Source: Haliotis cracherodii
Lineage: Eukaryota
Assembly (NCBI RefSeq): GCF_022045235.1
Contig: NW_027266266.1
Span: 9,796,001 to 9,860,000, forward strand
Length of the DNA: 64,000 bases
Reading direction: 5' to 3'
Each line of letters opens with the position of its first letter. Position 1 is the first letter of the stretch. This document shows, one piece after another, positions 44,601-57,510 of this stretch. A program made the translations under genes and the position numbers. The notes beneath the pieces are model-generated. The model did no database searches. It was not told the DNA's origin and was given only the letters and a program-made list of their open reading frames with translations.

Positions 44601-47600
44601 TAGTCCTTCTTCTGTTCAGAAAATACACAGTTAATCTGGGGGAAGTCTCCTCTAGGATCTCTCCCCAACATGGTGCCCACTAACAGATATAAATGGGAGG
44701 TTGGTAACCTGACCACTGAACTGACCTACACCTACATGATGCAACCAGTCCTACTGGATACATATGGCACCGACCAGGATGGAGGTAAACATCAGTTCTT
44801 GTTTATCAAATATAATGTTACTATCTCTGATGGCTATGGGTACAGATGGGAGGTGGCTAAGAGGTTATCTTACATTGTTCGAATCTCACATTGGTGCAAT
44901 TCAATTCAGTTCAATTCTTTTTTGTATGAAAGGCCACAGGCCTATATACAACGGCGTTGCATAACATATTCATAAGCTACAAAGTCAAAACATACAAAAA
45001 CGCATGATGTATGTACAAAGCCAGTTGATGTTGTGTTAGGCAGTAATGAAGTCAATCCTATAGTATTACAATGAGATAAAGACCACTACGGTAAGTACTT
45101 GTTTCTTAGATTTTCGTTTATAGGGCAAATGAACATATGGTGGTATTCATCTTCGACGACAACGTAACAGAATGGGTATAACCTTAGGAATTTCTCAACA
45201 GATGGAAATATCCCTGTGTTAATTTTTAGATCATTCAGGCCAAGTCTAAACGAATGATGATGTTACGAAAATTCCTGTACCGTAAGTTTGATCAATAACA
45301 TTCTGGTTCAAGTAATGACTTGAACTGGCGACAAGTATCATATTTTGAAGATTCGTAAATATCTTAATGCCATTTCTGCTGACACATTTCAATGGCACGC
45401 ATGCGAAAGTACTGAATGAAAACATTTGCATTACCAATTGTCTGGGACAGCCAAATGAAACCAAATGAAAACAATTGTTAAGGCTATCAAGGGTGTGCCT
45501 TCTCGGCCGCCCTTGCAGTTTCCATTTTCCTTTAGTACGCCATTCTTCTTGAAGGACAAAATGGGATTGTATTCTCAAAAAAGTGTGACCTGGCTGATTG
45601 TCCCTGGATAGTGTGGATAGTTTCTCATCGGTTTTTAGTTTACAATTCAGGATCCTGTCGATAACGCCACACATGAAACACATTGAACGGATTTTTAAAG
45701 GATTCGTGGATAGAAGCATGCTTCATTTAATTGTATCAAAATCTACCTTTCCTGTGTTATGAGGGCAGTCGTCCAAGGTATCACAATTTGATGTTCAGAA
45801 ATTATCAGGTGTGCCAGGTATCTTGTGTTTCTAAGGGTATATTTTGCTACTGACAGAGTTAATAATTTTGTCCTTCATGGGTATTCTCGGGAAGAAGACC
45901 CCAGACTCGCATGTAAGAACAGACACTGAGGATTGGGGGGTTACAAATTGTCTCCTGGCTGATCGGGAGTAACAAATTCCATACCTACATCACCATCAGT
46001 ATCACCCTACCCTGCCAAGGCCCTGCCACTCATCAGATCTCCGGCCCCATCAAGAACAAGGCCAACATGGAGATCACCTTTTCCAGCGGCATGTCAGTCA
46101 AGACACATCTACAATCCAATGGCAGAAGCACAAGCAGTGTACGTCCCAACCCACGAGGATGTATACGCCAGATCTCCTGCAACTGTGGCCACCAGAACAT
46201 TGGAGAAACCCTCAGAGTCCTCAACACCAGACTCAAAGAACACCAGACCTCTGTCAACAAACTAGACCTGAAATCCGCTATTTCCGAACACATCCTCAAG
46301 AACGAAGACCATAAGATCATGTGGGAAGCCACCAAAGTCCTGTCTACCAACAACAACTGGCGACCAAGAAAACGACAAGAAGCCATTGACATCAGAAGAC
46401 ACCAGCCATGAAACCATTACCAGGGAACATATCTGACAAGTGCTTGGGACTTATTGCTTTGTTCTTTGTCAGTGCCAATTTTCTAGCATTACTATTTCGA
46501 TTCCTTTACCAATCAGTGCTAATTACCCCCGGCCTCCCGTTTTACTATCAGTGCTAATTACCCCCGGCCTCCCGTTTGCCCATTGTCCTTTTGTCATTTA
46601 CCTATCAGTGATAATTTCGTCCTGGCCTCCAGTTGTCCATAGCTATCACTGCGTTAATTACTGTACAGTGTTGGTTTTCCATTGTCTTTTGCTAATCGCC
46701 TATCAGCGCCAATCATCTGTTGGCCTCCCTTGTTAAATGTTCCACCCTTTGTTATCTTATTACTTGTGTTGTTCTTACATGTACATATATATGCTCTCTG
46801 CCATCATTCATTCAAACCACCCTCAATCTAAACAAGGCTCTCACTCTAGAAGCAATACTAAACCCACAAAATAAACTAGAAAACTTCAAGGCCTTAGGCG
46901 TATTCTTAATAAAAACGGAACTAATAAAACGCATCTAAAACCATAATAACCTACCAAATCAAAATCACATAAACAAACAATCATCCACCATACCCAGCTC
47001 CCTTAGTTCTCCTCCCCAACCCCATCAGCATCTATTCCAAATCTCAAAATTCCCAAATTCTATATAAGCAACCCCTAAAGCCCCCTCTTGGGTTGCACAG
47101 ACCACCCTCGCCCCTTTCGGAAACACATTAAATGGCCTGGCCGGGCCCGTGTGCGAAATACGCATCAGTCGGAAAGCGCACGTTAAATCTCCAAAGTAAG
47201 TAAGTAAGTAAGTTCATTCACCTGATGGAGGAGGAGGCATATACTACGAAACATTGTGTTCCTCATAATATAGAAATTGACATCCATAAATTCTCTTCCA
47301 TATCACCTTACTTTTGTCTGGCTGAAACTTGATTATTTACAGGGCACTCTGACATGGCTTGATGTTTGCTGACTTCAGGGTTAAACATCATTCACTTATT
47401 CCCTCACTCATTTTGGTTTTTCAGCGCCTGTGTTTGAGACGGTATGGATCCAGAACATCACAGACACGGCAGCCAGTGCTGAAATCTTCACTCCTCCTCC
47501 AAGTTGCAGGGACGCCGTGTTCCAGGTGAAACACATGGAGATTTGATAACTATTTCCCTTTCATTTCTGACGACAACAGCTTCAGGAAAACATCTGTCTC

Positions 47601-47922
47601 ATAAGTCTTGCTCCGTAATCATAACTTTGCAGATTAGGAACTGTCCAGTTAATGAAGGGTATCAAAAGGGTGTTGCCTCTTCCCTTCTGTCAGCTGAAAA
47701 GGACACAGAAACGACCCACACATTATTCCCATTTAACTGATTATTGCAACAAGGTAACTGGGTCTAAACGATTAAATGGCTGTTCCACAGTTGCAATGGA
47801 ATGCGATTAAAGTGTTAAATACATACGCTGTATGTGAAAGGGGAAAGTCAAAGTTTGGTGTTGATTGGTTTCAGACCACCCTCGAGCCCTACAGGCGGAA
47901 CTTGGGATACCTGGCATTTTGA
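41660..47922 (+). CDS. Ependymin-related protein, copy 2 (secreted, 219 aa, 6 coding exons)
   Basis: Exons 41660-41803, 43160-43270, 43936-44026, 44620-44784, 47425-47525, 47875-47922; GT-AG, in phase, 660 nt. Same exon phases and motifs as copy 1; N-glycosylation sequons NLT and NIT. Confidence 0.82.
43379..43643 (+). mobile_element. SINE-like family B (~270 bp, (AAAC)n tail); representative copy
   Basis: gacccgtgaagatccggggtagaataggtcttcagcaacccatgcttg...gtaagaggcgactaacgggatcggg...gctggaatattgctgagtgcggcgttaaacaacaaac. Copies near 5312, 13955(-), 18357, 19098(-), 21314, 22532(-), 26541, 27675, 30659, 34400(-), 40285, 50466, 57512(-), 60425(-), 63343. Confidence 0.85.
44176..44464 (-). mobile_element. 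SINE family D (tRNA head with V-domain-like body); representative copy
   Basis: On -: gtggtctagtggtagagcgttcgcc...gggttcgatcccc, then ccaaaagacgttaaaagatggtac...ctggcgctcggcattaagggg, tail (cacct)n. Copies near 17107, 19960(-), 24140, 29762(-), 50721(-), 58300(-). Confidence 0.75.
46030..47303 (+). mobile_element. Penelope-like element 3' remnant (GIY-YIG endonuclease plus terminal repeat), in EPDR-2 intron 4
   Basis: ORF 46067..46411: GCIRQISCNCGHQNIGETLRVLNTRLKEH...SAISEH...H...W...KVL...R...EAIDI, a degenerate GIY-YIG of PLEs. The downstream terminus at 47213-47303 matches family P1. Confidence 0.85.
46815..47212 (+). mobile_element. 5'-truncated LINE 3' end with (GTAA)n tail and 8-bp TSD, nested in the PLE
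   Basis: TTCATTCA duplicated at 46807-46814 and 47213-47220; ORF end ...LGVFLIKTELIKRI*; 3' stem-loop followed by acgttaaa and (gtaa)n. Confidence 0.75.
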
Positions 47923-48957
47923 GTGAAGAGTACATGGAGAACGCTGTTTCAATGATGATATAGTACATACTTTCTGTGATAAATATTCTTGCATATCACC
48001 ATTTTTTAACATTAAAAAAATGAAATGAGATGAGGCATGTTCATTCACACGGATTTCAATATCAAAACACACATTTGGTTTAGTGTCGCTAACCCCTGTA
48101 TGACATAACATACCTGTCAGGGTAATGGGCGGGTATGGTGAGCGAGTGAGTGAGTTGGGTTTAAAACCGCTCATTCAGTATTCTAGTTATATCAAGTCGT
48201 GTCAGCCTAATGTGGGAGGAAAGCCCGAAGTGATGCAGGTCTCAGACGTTTACCACTTCGGTGAAACCCACGAGTACGGGTATGGTGTTGACAAATCTAG
48301 AAACATAATCGGGGCGAACCGGGATTCCAACCCACAATCATAGGTTTCTGGCGTGCCCAAGGGACACACCTCTGCACAGCGAATGGTGGCGCCTTAGACG
48401 ACTGGGCCATCCGTGTCCCCGGACGGGGATGGACACCATGTACATGTATACATTTCCAAACTGGACATACATGGCAATATAAACCAATAATTTGGAATAC
48501 TTGGAATGAGTGCATTCATATTAATACCAATACTATTCCAAACATCAGGAAACGGACTTTTTCTGTAGTGTGAAGTTGGCAGCCTTTTGAACATGTGTGA
48601 TTACTTCGATCCATGATGAATATTGACATTTCCTCTAACGTTTTGAAATTGACTCAAATATAATGTCTTTGTATAGCGTTCATCAAGATAGAACGGAAAG
48701 TTGGATCTTTCTAACAGGATGTGGGATGACGAGGGTTAGCGTTAGCATGAAAAGGTTCATATTGACAGAGGTTTTCATTCATCGGGAACACACCAGAGAG
48801 GAGGAAAGAAATATGTCTCGGATATTTTTTATTACTTTTTTAACAACGGGGACTGGTTCCAGTCTAGGTCTAACGGGGTTTGAGTGTGTGTTTCATGCTT
48901 TATTGGGGTAGCTGTTATAGAAACTGCAGGATAAAAGGTATACATACAGAGAGAGAA

Positions 48958-49028
<71 letters not shown>

Positions 49029-50093
49029 CATAGTAACATCTACGTCGACTCACCGTGCTACCTCGTCAAAAGTTACCAGTAGTGATAGTTTACTGTAACA
49101 TATATCTAATATACTACAACTGTTTGCTCCCCGACCAAACCCGCAGTTTCGACCTTCTGATGCTGCATGTCACGATTATTTATTGAAAACCAGTACATTC
49201 TTCATAATTACCACATTCACCTGCTGTTATCCTCTCACTATATTAATTAGGTATGAAACAGCTGTTAATTAAGCTTACATGGGTGAAGACAAACTCATTA
49301 TAATCAATGTAACAGGTATTGCCACAAGGGTAGAATAGTTTGACAGTGACCGTACCGTGCGCCATAGTCGTAACATTCGAGAGGTGGTGGTGAAATGGGT
49401 AAACCACGCGTTCAAGATCACTGCACTTACATAGTGTGTGGCTGTTTGTACTAGTCCGGACTTATGCTGGTTTCATAGTGCTATCCCACTGAGATACCAC
49501 GCTGCAGTTTAACATGGATACCCCACTCAGACATAGTATACTGACTCAGATCAAGTTTCTACGTTTGTCTGCACCACCTCCTTCTTTGTTGCTTTTACTT
49601 TGGTCTTTCCCTGATATAACTCAAATACTGTTCGAAGCGACGGTAAACACAACTCACTCACGCTGCTGGGGAACAATTCCGATCCCAGTTGGATAACACA
49701 GGTGCTCAATATTACATATACTCATCCTTTCAACACCAATACAAACAACAATTCCCTCAACAATTATATCATAATTGGACAAAATTAATGTTGCCAATAT
49801 AGCTTTATTAAAATTTCAAATTAATTTAAAAAATGATGTGGATTGCCTGGCTTTGCCAGCTGGCAGTTCAATTGTGTGCCATTGTCATGTCTCCAAGGGT
49901 AGTACACTGATCAATGCAGTCAAAACTGATGTTGTGCAGCATCATGAGGATGGTGACGTTGATTAAGAATATGTTGATTAGGCTCTGTGCAGATGACCAG
50001 TTGGATATACCATGTCTATACATCCAATATGCTGCGAGATCTGTGTTTCTGATTAGTATTAAGCGATGGACATCCGGTGTACAGGAACTAGAG

Positions 50094-51537
<1,444 letters not shown>

Positions 51538-52033
51538 AACTGAAACCGTTAGCAGTTTGTATTTGGTGGGTGGGTCACTAACATATAGAGGTGTTAGCAG
51601 TTCGTATTTGATGGGCTGGTCGCTAACATCTAGACGTGTTATCAGTTAGTATTTGGCGGGTGGGTCGCTAACATCTAGACGTGTTATCAGTTAGTATTTG
51701 GTGGGTGGGTCGCTAACATCTAGAAGTGTTATCAGTTAGTATTTGGCAGGTGGGTCGCTAACATCTAGACGTGTTATCAGTTAGTATTTGGTGGGTGGGT
51801 CGCTAACATCTAGACGTGTTATAAGTTAGTTTTTGGCGGGTGGGTCGCTAACATCTAGACGTGTTATCAGTTAGTATTTGGTGGGTGGGTCGCTAACATC
51901 TAGACGTGTTATCAGTTAGTATTTGGTGTGTGGGTCGCTAACATCTAGACGTGTTATCAGTTAGTATTTGGCAGGTGGGTCGCTAACATCTAGACGTGTT
52001 AGCAGTTAGTATTTGGTGGGTGGGTCGCTAACA

Positions 52034-52274
52034 TGGCAAAGAACAAAAATTTCTGGATAGAGTAAGCGTAAGATATTTATACCAACCCGGCGAACTCGAA
52101 GGAGGCCAACGTTGTGCAACCGGCCAAATTTGGTCTCTTAAGATATATACCACAAGTTGATTGGTTATGAAAGAAGGAGAGCCTATTATTTATTATCTTA
52201 AAGATGGATCGGGCAGGGCATTTGTACGAGAAGAGTTGCTCGTAGTTCCCAACGATACACTATTACCACCATAA
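52034..52274 (+). mobile_element. C-terminal fragment of a Polinton-type integrase gene, convergent with pPolB
   Basis: Manual translation VRYLYQPGELEGGQRCATGQIWSLKIY...EPIIYYLKDGSGRAFVREELLVVPNDTLLPP with one in-frame stop. It resembles the C-terminal tail of integrases of Polinton/adintovirus-like elements (recalled pattern, unverified). Confidence 0.55.
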
Positions 52275-54520
52275 CCATAAACATAGGTAGTTACACCATC
52301 CTTATCAATCCATCTCTTTGTATCTAAGGGGGATAATGATGTCTTGTTCATTCTTAATCCATATATCCTGTGATTGACACTTCTTAAAGCGTTCATCTAG
52401 TGTTTGAATGTTCTACCGTTGAATAATGCTTCTTTATACTGTTCGTGTTTGATATGCTTTTTTACCACATAGCTTTTCTTATCTCTCCATTATCGGACTT
52501 CTTTATAGAATACATCTTAGGTCTTAATCCGACATTCTCCGATATAGGGGTCCCAGCAGATTCATCCTTCATCTTACCTAACACCTTTATACTTACTACG
52601 CTGTGCAGTGGATTATCTTTTGGGTAATCGCTCGTATCGTACATATCTATTTTTCTGATATCTTTATACACATCCTCGGTTTGTATTTCCATCAACAAAG
52701 AATCAGTATCAGTATATAACACGTCGCCCTATCACCATAGTTGGTTGTAATAAAAGTCATACATTAAGTGTTTTGACAAGTCAAGAATACTCATACCAAC
52801 GTACACCGGTCTGTTGAATTCTATATTACTTTTCGGCATATGAAATGGGGCTAAGTCGTTACGAAAAATCTTGCTTCTTTTAAAAGCCGGACTGGCTATA
52901 AGTTTCCCGAGTCTTTCTTTCTCATTAGACCTGACTAATTTAACATCAACACGCTTCCTCGGATTCTCCATAGTTTTACCAAATACTGAGTTATTCATAA
53001 GCTTATATAGGTTCTTTTTTAAATCGCTGGTAGCCATATTTCTTGAATCTGTGTTCAGTCTTATATAGGGCTCCATCCAAGGGCTTTGATCAAACTTAAG
53101 AACTCTGTGTAACGATAGATATAACTGGAGATTTCTATAGCGACCTATACATTTTGCCTTATCCATCAAATTTGGTATGAGTTTTTCTACGTTAGCTAAC
53201 CTTGTATTACCCATCAAGAAGTGTTGATATTCCGACATCCAATCTTTATTCACCATTAATCTCTCGGGAGCTAGCGGATAACTGTTATGAGCTTTGTGTA
53301 ACTCTGTTGGATATTCCAAGTCAACTTCTAGTATGTATCCTTTATTGGAATCTGTGGGGATATCATTCACATTGATATTATGAATATCAACCCACTCAAA
53401 ATCCACCCGTCAGTAAAGGTTGACTCATAGCCTATCCGTACAAATTGTTGGCGTCGAGATATAATATGTGCGTATCGGTTTTACTCGGATCATATCCTTC
53501 CACTAATTTATTATTAGCCTTAGAATACCTTTTCGCTGTCATCGATATACCACCCTTTCTAAAAAAACAAGTGCATATCGTAATCGGTGAGTAATTTTAG
53601 TTCTACACCCGTCTTCTTCAACAATGCATCACGTGATAGTCCGGGACTGGAATAGTACCATGCCGGATCCAAGCCGTATTGTTTTAAACATGTCTTTCTA
53701 AATATCTCGAATATCAGCGAGTAACAGTACATCTGTTTTTAAGTACAGATCGTGATAATCGCTTAAATTCTTACAACCTAATTTATCCCACACCGTCAGA
53801 GCATGTTAATAATCGACATCAGTTATCTTAGATTCTGTTAAGGTACTATAGAATGATTCAAGGCATGGTAGTTTAGTTTCGTCGAATCTTGACCAATCAT
53901 CCACATTTTCGTAAGGATATACACCTTTTCTCAGCAACAAATGCTGTGTTAACCGATCAGTATATTGATTTGTTATTGCAAAGTCATTGGGTCGTTCGCA
54001 TTAGCTAAATTGTCCAGGGAAGATAACAGAAACTGTACGGAGTCTATGAATCTAAGTCCGTTTTGTTCTGGCTTTCCCATCCTTGTCCGTATAATGTATA
54101 GTTTTAGTCAACGAACATGAGATATATTTTTCCATATTTTTAGGAATGCACGTTAAACCACCATCGGTCTATGAGATAGCTTGCATGATGAGAATCATAT
54201 CCTCTAAGGTTATGAAACACAACGGGGATGGGTATTGTTTGAGAATTCATTTTTAGTTTCAAGTTACACTCGTTATGCACGGCTCCCCGATAATTACCCA
54301 TGACGTGACAATGAATCCCCATTGAGTGGTTTATTACAAACTTGACAAATCGTTGACTTCTTATAGGCCCTCCAATCATACACATGGGTTTCTTACGCGA
54401 TAAATTTCCCCTGATTATTCTCTCTTCGTTTTGTAGGAAGTTTCCCGCTGCATCGGGACCTCTGTAAATCAGGGGCGGGTTTGTTTTCCCATCATACCTT
54501 ACAACTATATATCCAAACCC
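52193..54520 (-). mobile_element. Decayed Polinton/Maverick protein-primed family B DNA polymerase
   Basis: Fragments: HCH..G.YRGAVHNECNL, FHNLRGYDSH, RKGVYPYE, YLDANNLYG, GYILEVDLEYP, YKLMNNSVFGKTMEN, YTDTDS, LGKMKDE, LRPKMYS, LSPLDTKRWI. Many frameshifts and stops. Confidence 0.93.
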
Positions 54521-56611
54521 ACAAACCCACTGCCCTGTAGTTGGTCATCATCTGTAGTTCGGATGTCGAGCCATAGCGCATACTTCGTGGTAAGGAATTC
54601 AACCATCGTTACATCCCCGAGAGATAGATCTGGGCTTATTATTATTATTACTATTCACGCATCATTATTTTCTGTGCAGTCTCACTGAACATATCTATGT
54701 GCGTGTGTCATCTGTGTCACATGTTGCAATTTATAAGAAAAAACATGACTTGGCTTGACTTGCCTCAGAGACCTTCACCGCCGTTGAAAATAGGGCAACA
54801 TTACAAAGCAAGCGCGGTGATATGTAGGTGAGTGGACATGATTTAGCTGTGAGTCTGACTGAATTCTGAATTTCATGTATGTATCTTTCCACTGATGTGC
54901 AGGAATAAGGCTGTTATTGCTGTGACCCTGTGCATAAAGCTGCTATGGTTGTGACCACGTGGATAAAGATAAACATGATATGTTTGTCATATGGAGATGC
55001 TAGGCAACAGTGAGATTCTGGTGGCCATAGAAATACTGGTGGCACATCCAGTTCATCGAGATACTGGTGGCACATCCAGTTACTAATACTGTGGCCGAGT
55101 TTATTTTATTGCTATTTTGTAAATATTTTAGTAAAGTCCTTTAATTGTCTTGTTTCTGTTTTAGCCTGTTTCGGTCTCAAGCTATATTACTTGAGCAGTA
55201 TAAAAACAACAACAATTAGAATAGCTCCAGTACTTACATAACTACTAACATAACAATAGCCACTTTCACCACCCACAGCACAAGCGTCTTGCTTTGTTTT
55301 CCTTCCCAGCTTCTGTATTATGTAAGAAAAAGGTTTCTTCTGTTTTTAGCTGACTTTTCTAAATTAGTGGGTCACTTACATTTGAAGGAAATCAGTGGTT
55401 CTCTGGATCACATTCAAATCAGTGGATGATATATTTGTTGTGTTCAGGATCTCTATAAAGTTAGTTTGTGTTTGGTTCATATTTATGTATCTTGTAGATA
55501 TGTCAGTGTATTTAGTTTTATGAATTAGATGCATTAAGGTAATGCATTGATTGGTAATTCTATATATTTTATATATATCTGAAAATAGTTTAAAACATAA
55601 ACTAGTACTTCATAATAAGTATACATGTTATCTCGCTATTTTCAGATATTCCATACCTTCCCTTTTAATTTGTTAAGCACTTCAGTTATATCTAAACTAA
55701 ATCTATAATCAAATTTAACTACTAATCACTACGTAAATACCATCTAACTACATGTGTGAATGCAGTATGTATGTATATAGATTATGATTGAATGGATACA
55801 TATGACAAGGTCATTTTACATGTTCTTAATTTTATTGGCTATTCCCTTTTGTTTATGCGGCCTTGTGTGTGGGGGGTGGGGGTGGGGTGGATGGGGTTGG
55901 GGGTTGGGGTTGGGGGTTGGGGTTGGGGTCAGTCTCTAATTCAATATAGTCATTGTCTTCTCGGGAAGGGAGAGACGAACAAATAAATGACAATATTCTG
56001 TTCAAGTATGTCCTGGAGCAACCTTTCCACAACCTCCAAAACACTACCCCTCTAGTTTTAAGCTTATTTATAGTATCTGCTTCAATGAACAATAAATAGA
56101 CAATACTGAGATTTAAACTGTTCGAGTACGTTTTGCAGCAATGTGCAACCAAAACTCTAACTACTACACCCCACCTCACACACACAACCCCCCCTCCACA
56201 GACACAAGCCCCGTGAATGTTTGGGCTATTTAAACGGTAGCACGCTCTCACGTATGCTTTGGTCAACACAACACAATACAGCAACAGTGTTTGTCGATCC
56301 CGGTATTTGACCTACCTTGTAAATGCTATCAGACGCATGTGACTTGAGATATGATATCTTGACATAAACTGGGCAGCAAAAAAAAAGTATAGGTCGAGGT
56401 CCATGATCGATAAAGAATAACAAGAAGAGTTTTTGTTGCAAATTATAATATAATCTTGGGAGGGGTTTGAATGAAATTGTGCAATCACAGGTAATGTAAG
56501 CTCAAGGTAAACAATGGTGGGGTAAGACTATTCATTTTCAAAAGATGTCTTAAATGTCACCAAAAAGTTGTCAGACACACTACAAGTTCATTGTCAACAC
56601 AGTTGCCTTTA

Positions 56612-57510
56612 TTACTGTGAATGACCTCCAGCTGCCTCAATACATGCTGTGATACGCCATCTCATCGATGACGTCAGTCTTCTGATGACGTGGACTGGAA
56701 TCTGTTGCTACTCGTCTCTCAGGGCCTGCTGCAATTCTTGTCTGTTGACGGGAGGCTGATGGCGTGCTCTAGTCTGTCTGTCAAGATGGTCCCACAGATG
56801 TTCAATAGGATTCATATCGCGTGAGTGGGCAGGCCAGGGCAAAATGTCAACGTTCTGCTGGTTTAGAAAGTTCTGGCATTGTCGCGTTCAAACAATGTCC
56901 CCTGCTGTTGGTTTTGTAAGAACGGAAGCACAACTGGCTGCAACACTTGGTCTCTGTACTGCACAGCGTTCAGGTTTCCCTGTATAATCACCAAATCAGT
57001 CTTCTGATCTCCACAAATACCGCCCCAAACCATGACACCTCCCCCGCCGAATGGATGGACCTCTAGTTCCCCTCTGCGTCGATAAACTCGTTCTCTGCCG
57101 TCATTTCGAAACAAGTTAAACCGACTTTCATCAGTAAACAGCACTCTAGCCAATTTCTCATTTGCATGCGTCATACCTGCCTCGCCCATCACAGTCTCAG
57201 GCGTCGATGTTGAGCAGTCAGTACCATTCCTCGGAAAGGGCGATACGCTCGGATTCCAGCAGCACGAAGTCGTCGTAGTACTGTACGTTGGCTAATGGGA
57301 TGTCCCAACGCTGTTGCTGCCGTCGCCGTCGCCGTCGCCGTCGCCGTTACGAGTCTGTTTCGCAGGTGAATGAGCCGTATCTGACCGTCTTCCAGTGGTG
57401 TTGTCACTTGGGGTCGTCCGGTTCTAGGCCTGTCCTGTGTCCTCCCTGTCTGTCTGTACCGTTGAATCAGCCTGGCTAGTGTCAATGGTGTACAACCAAA
57501 CCTTCTGGCA
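56612..57510 (-). mobile_element. Tc1/mariner (Tc1 DD34E) transposase remnant
   Basis: HTH region (RPRTGRPQVTT), VLFTDESRF, GGGGVMVWGGI, DNA(R), WPAHSRDMNPIEHLWD, ends AGGHSQ*. Frameshifted; 5' end cut by a family-B SINE; internal (GCCGTC)n expansion. Confidence 0.9.
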
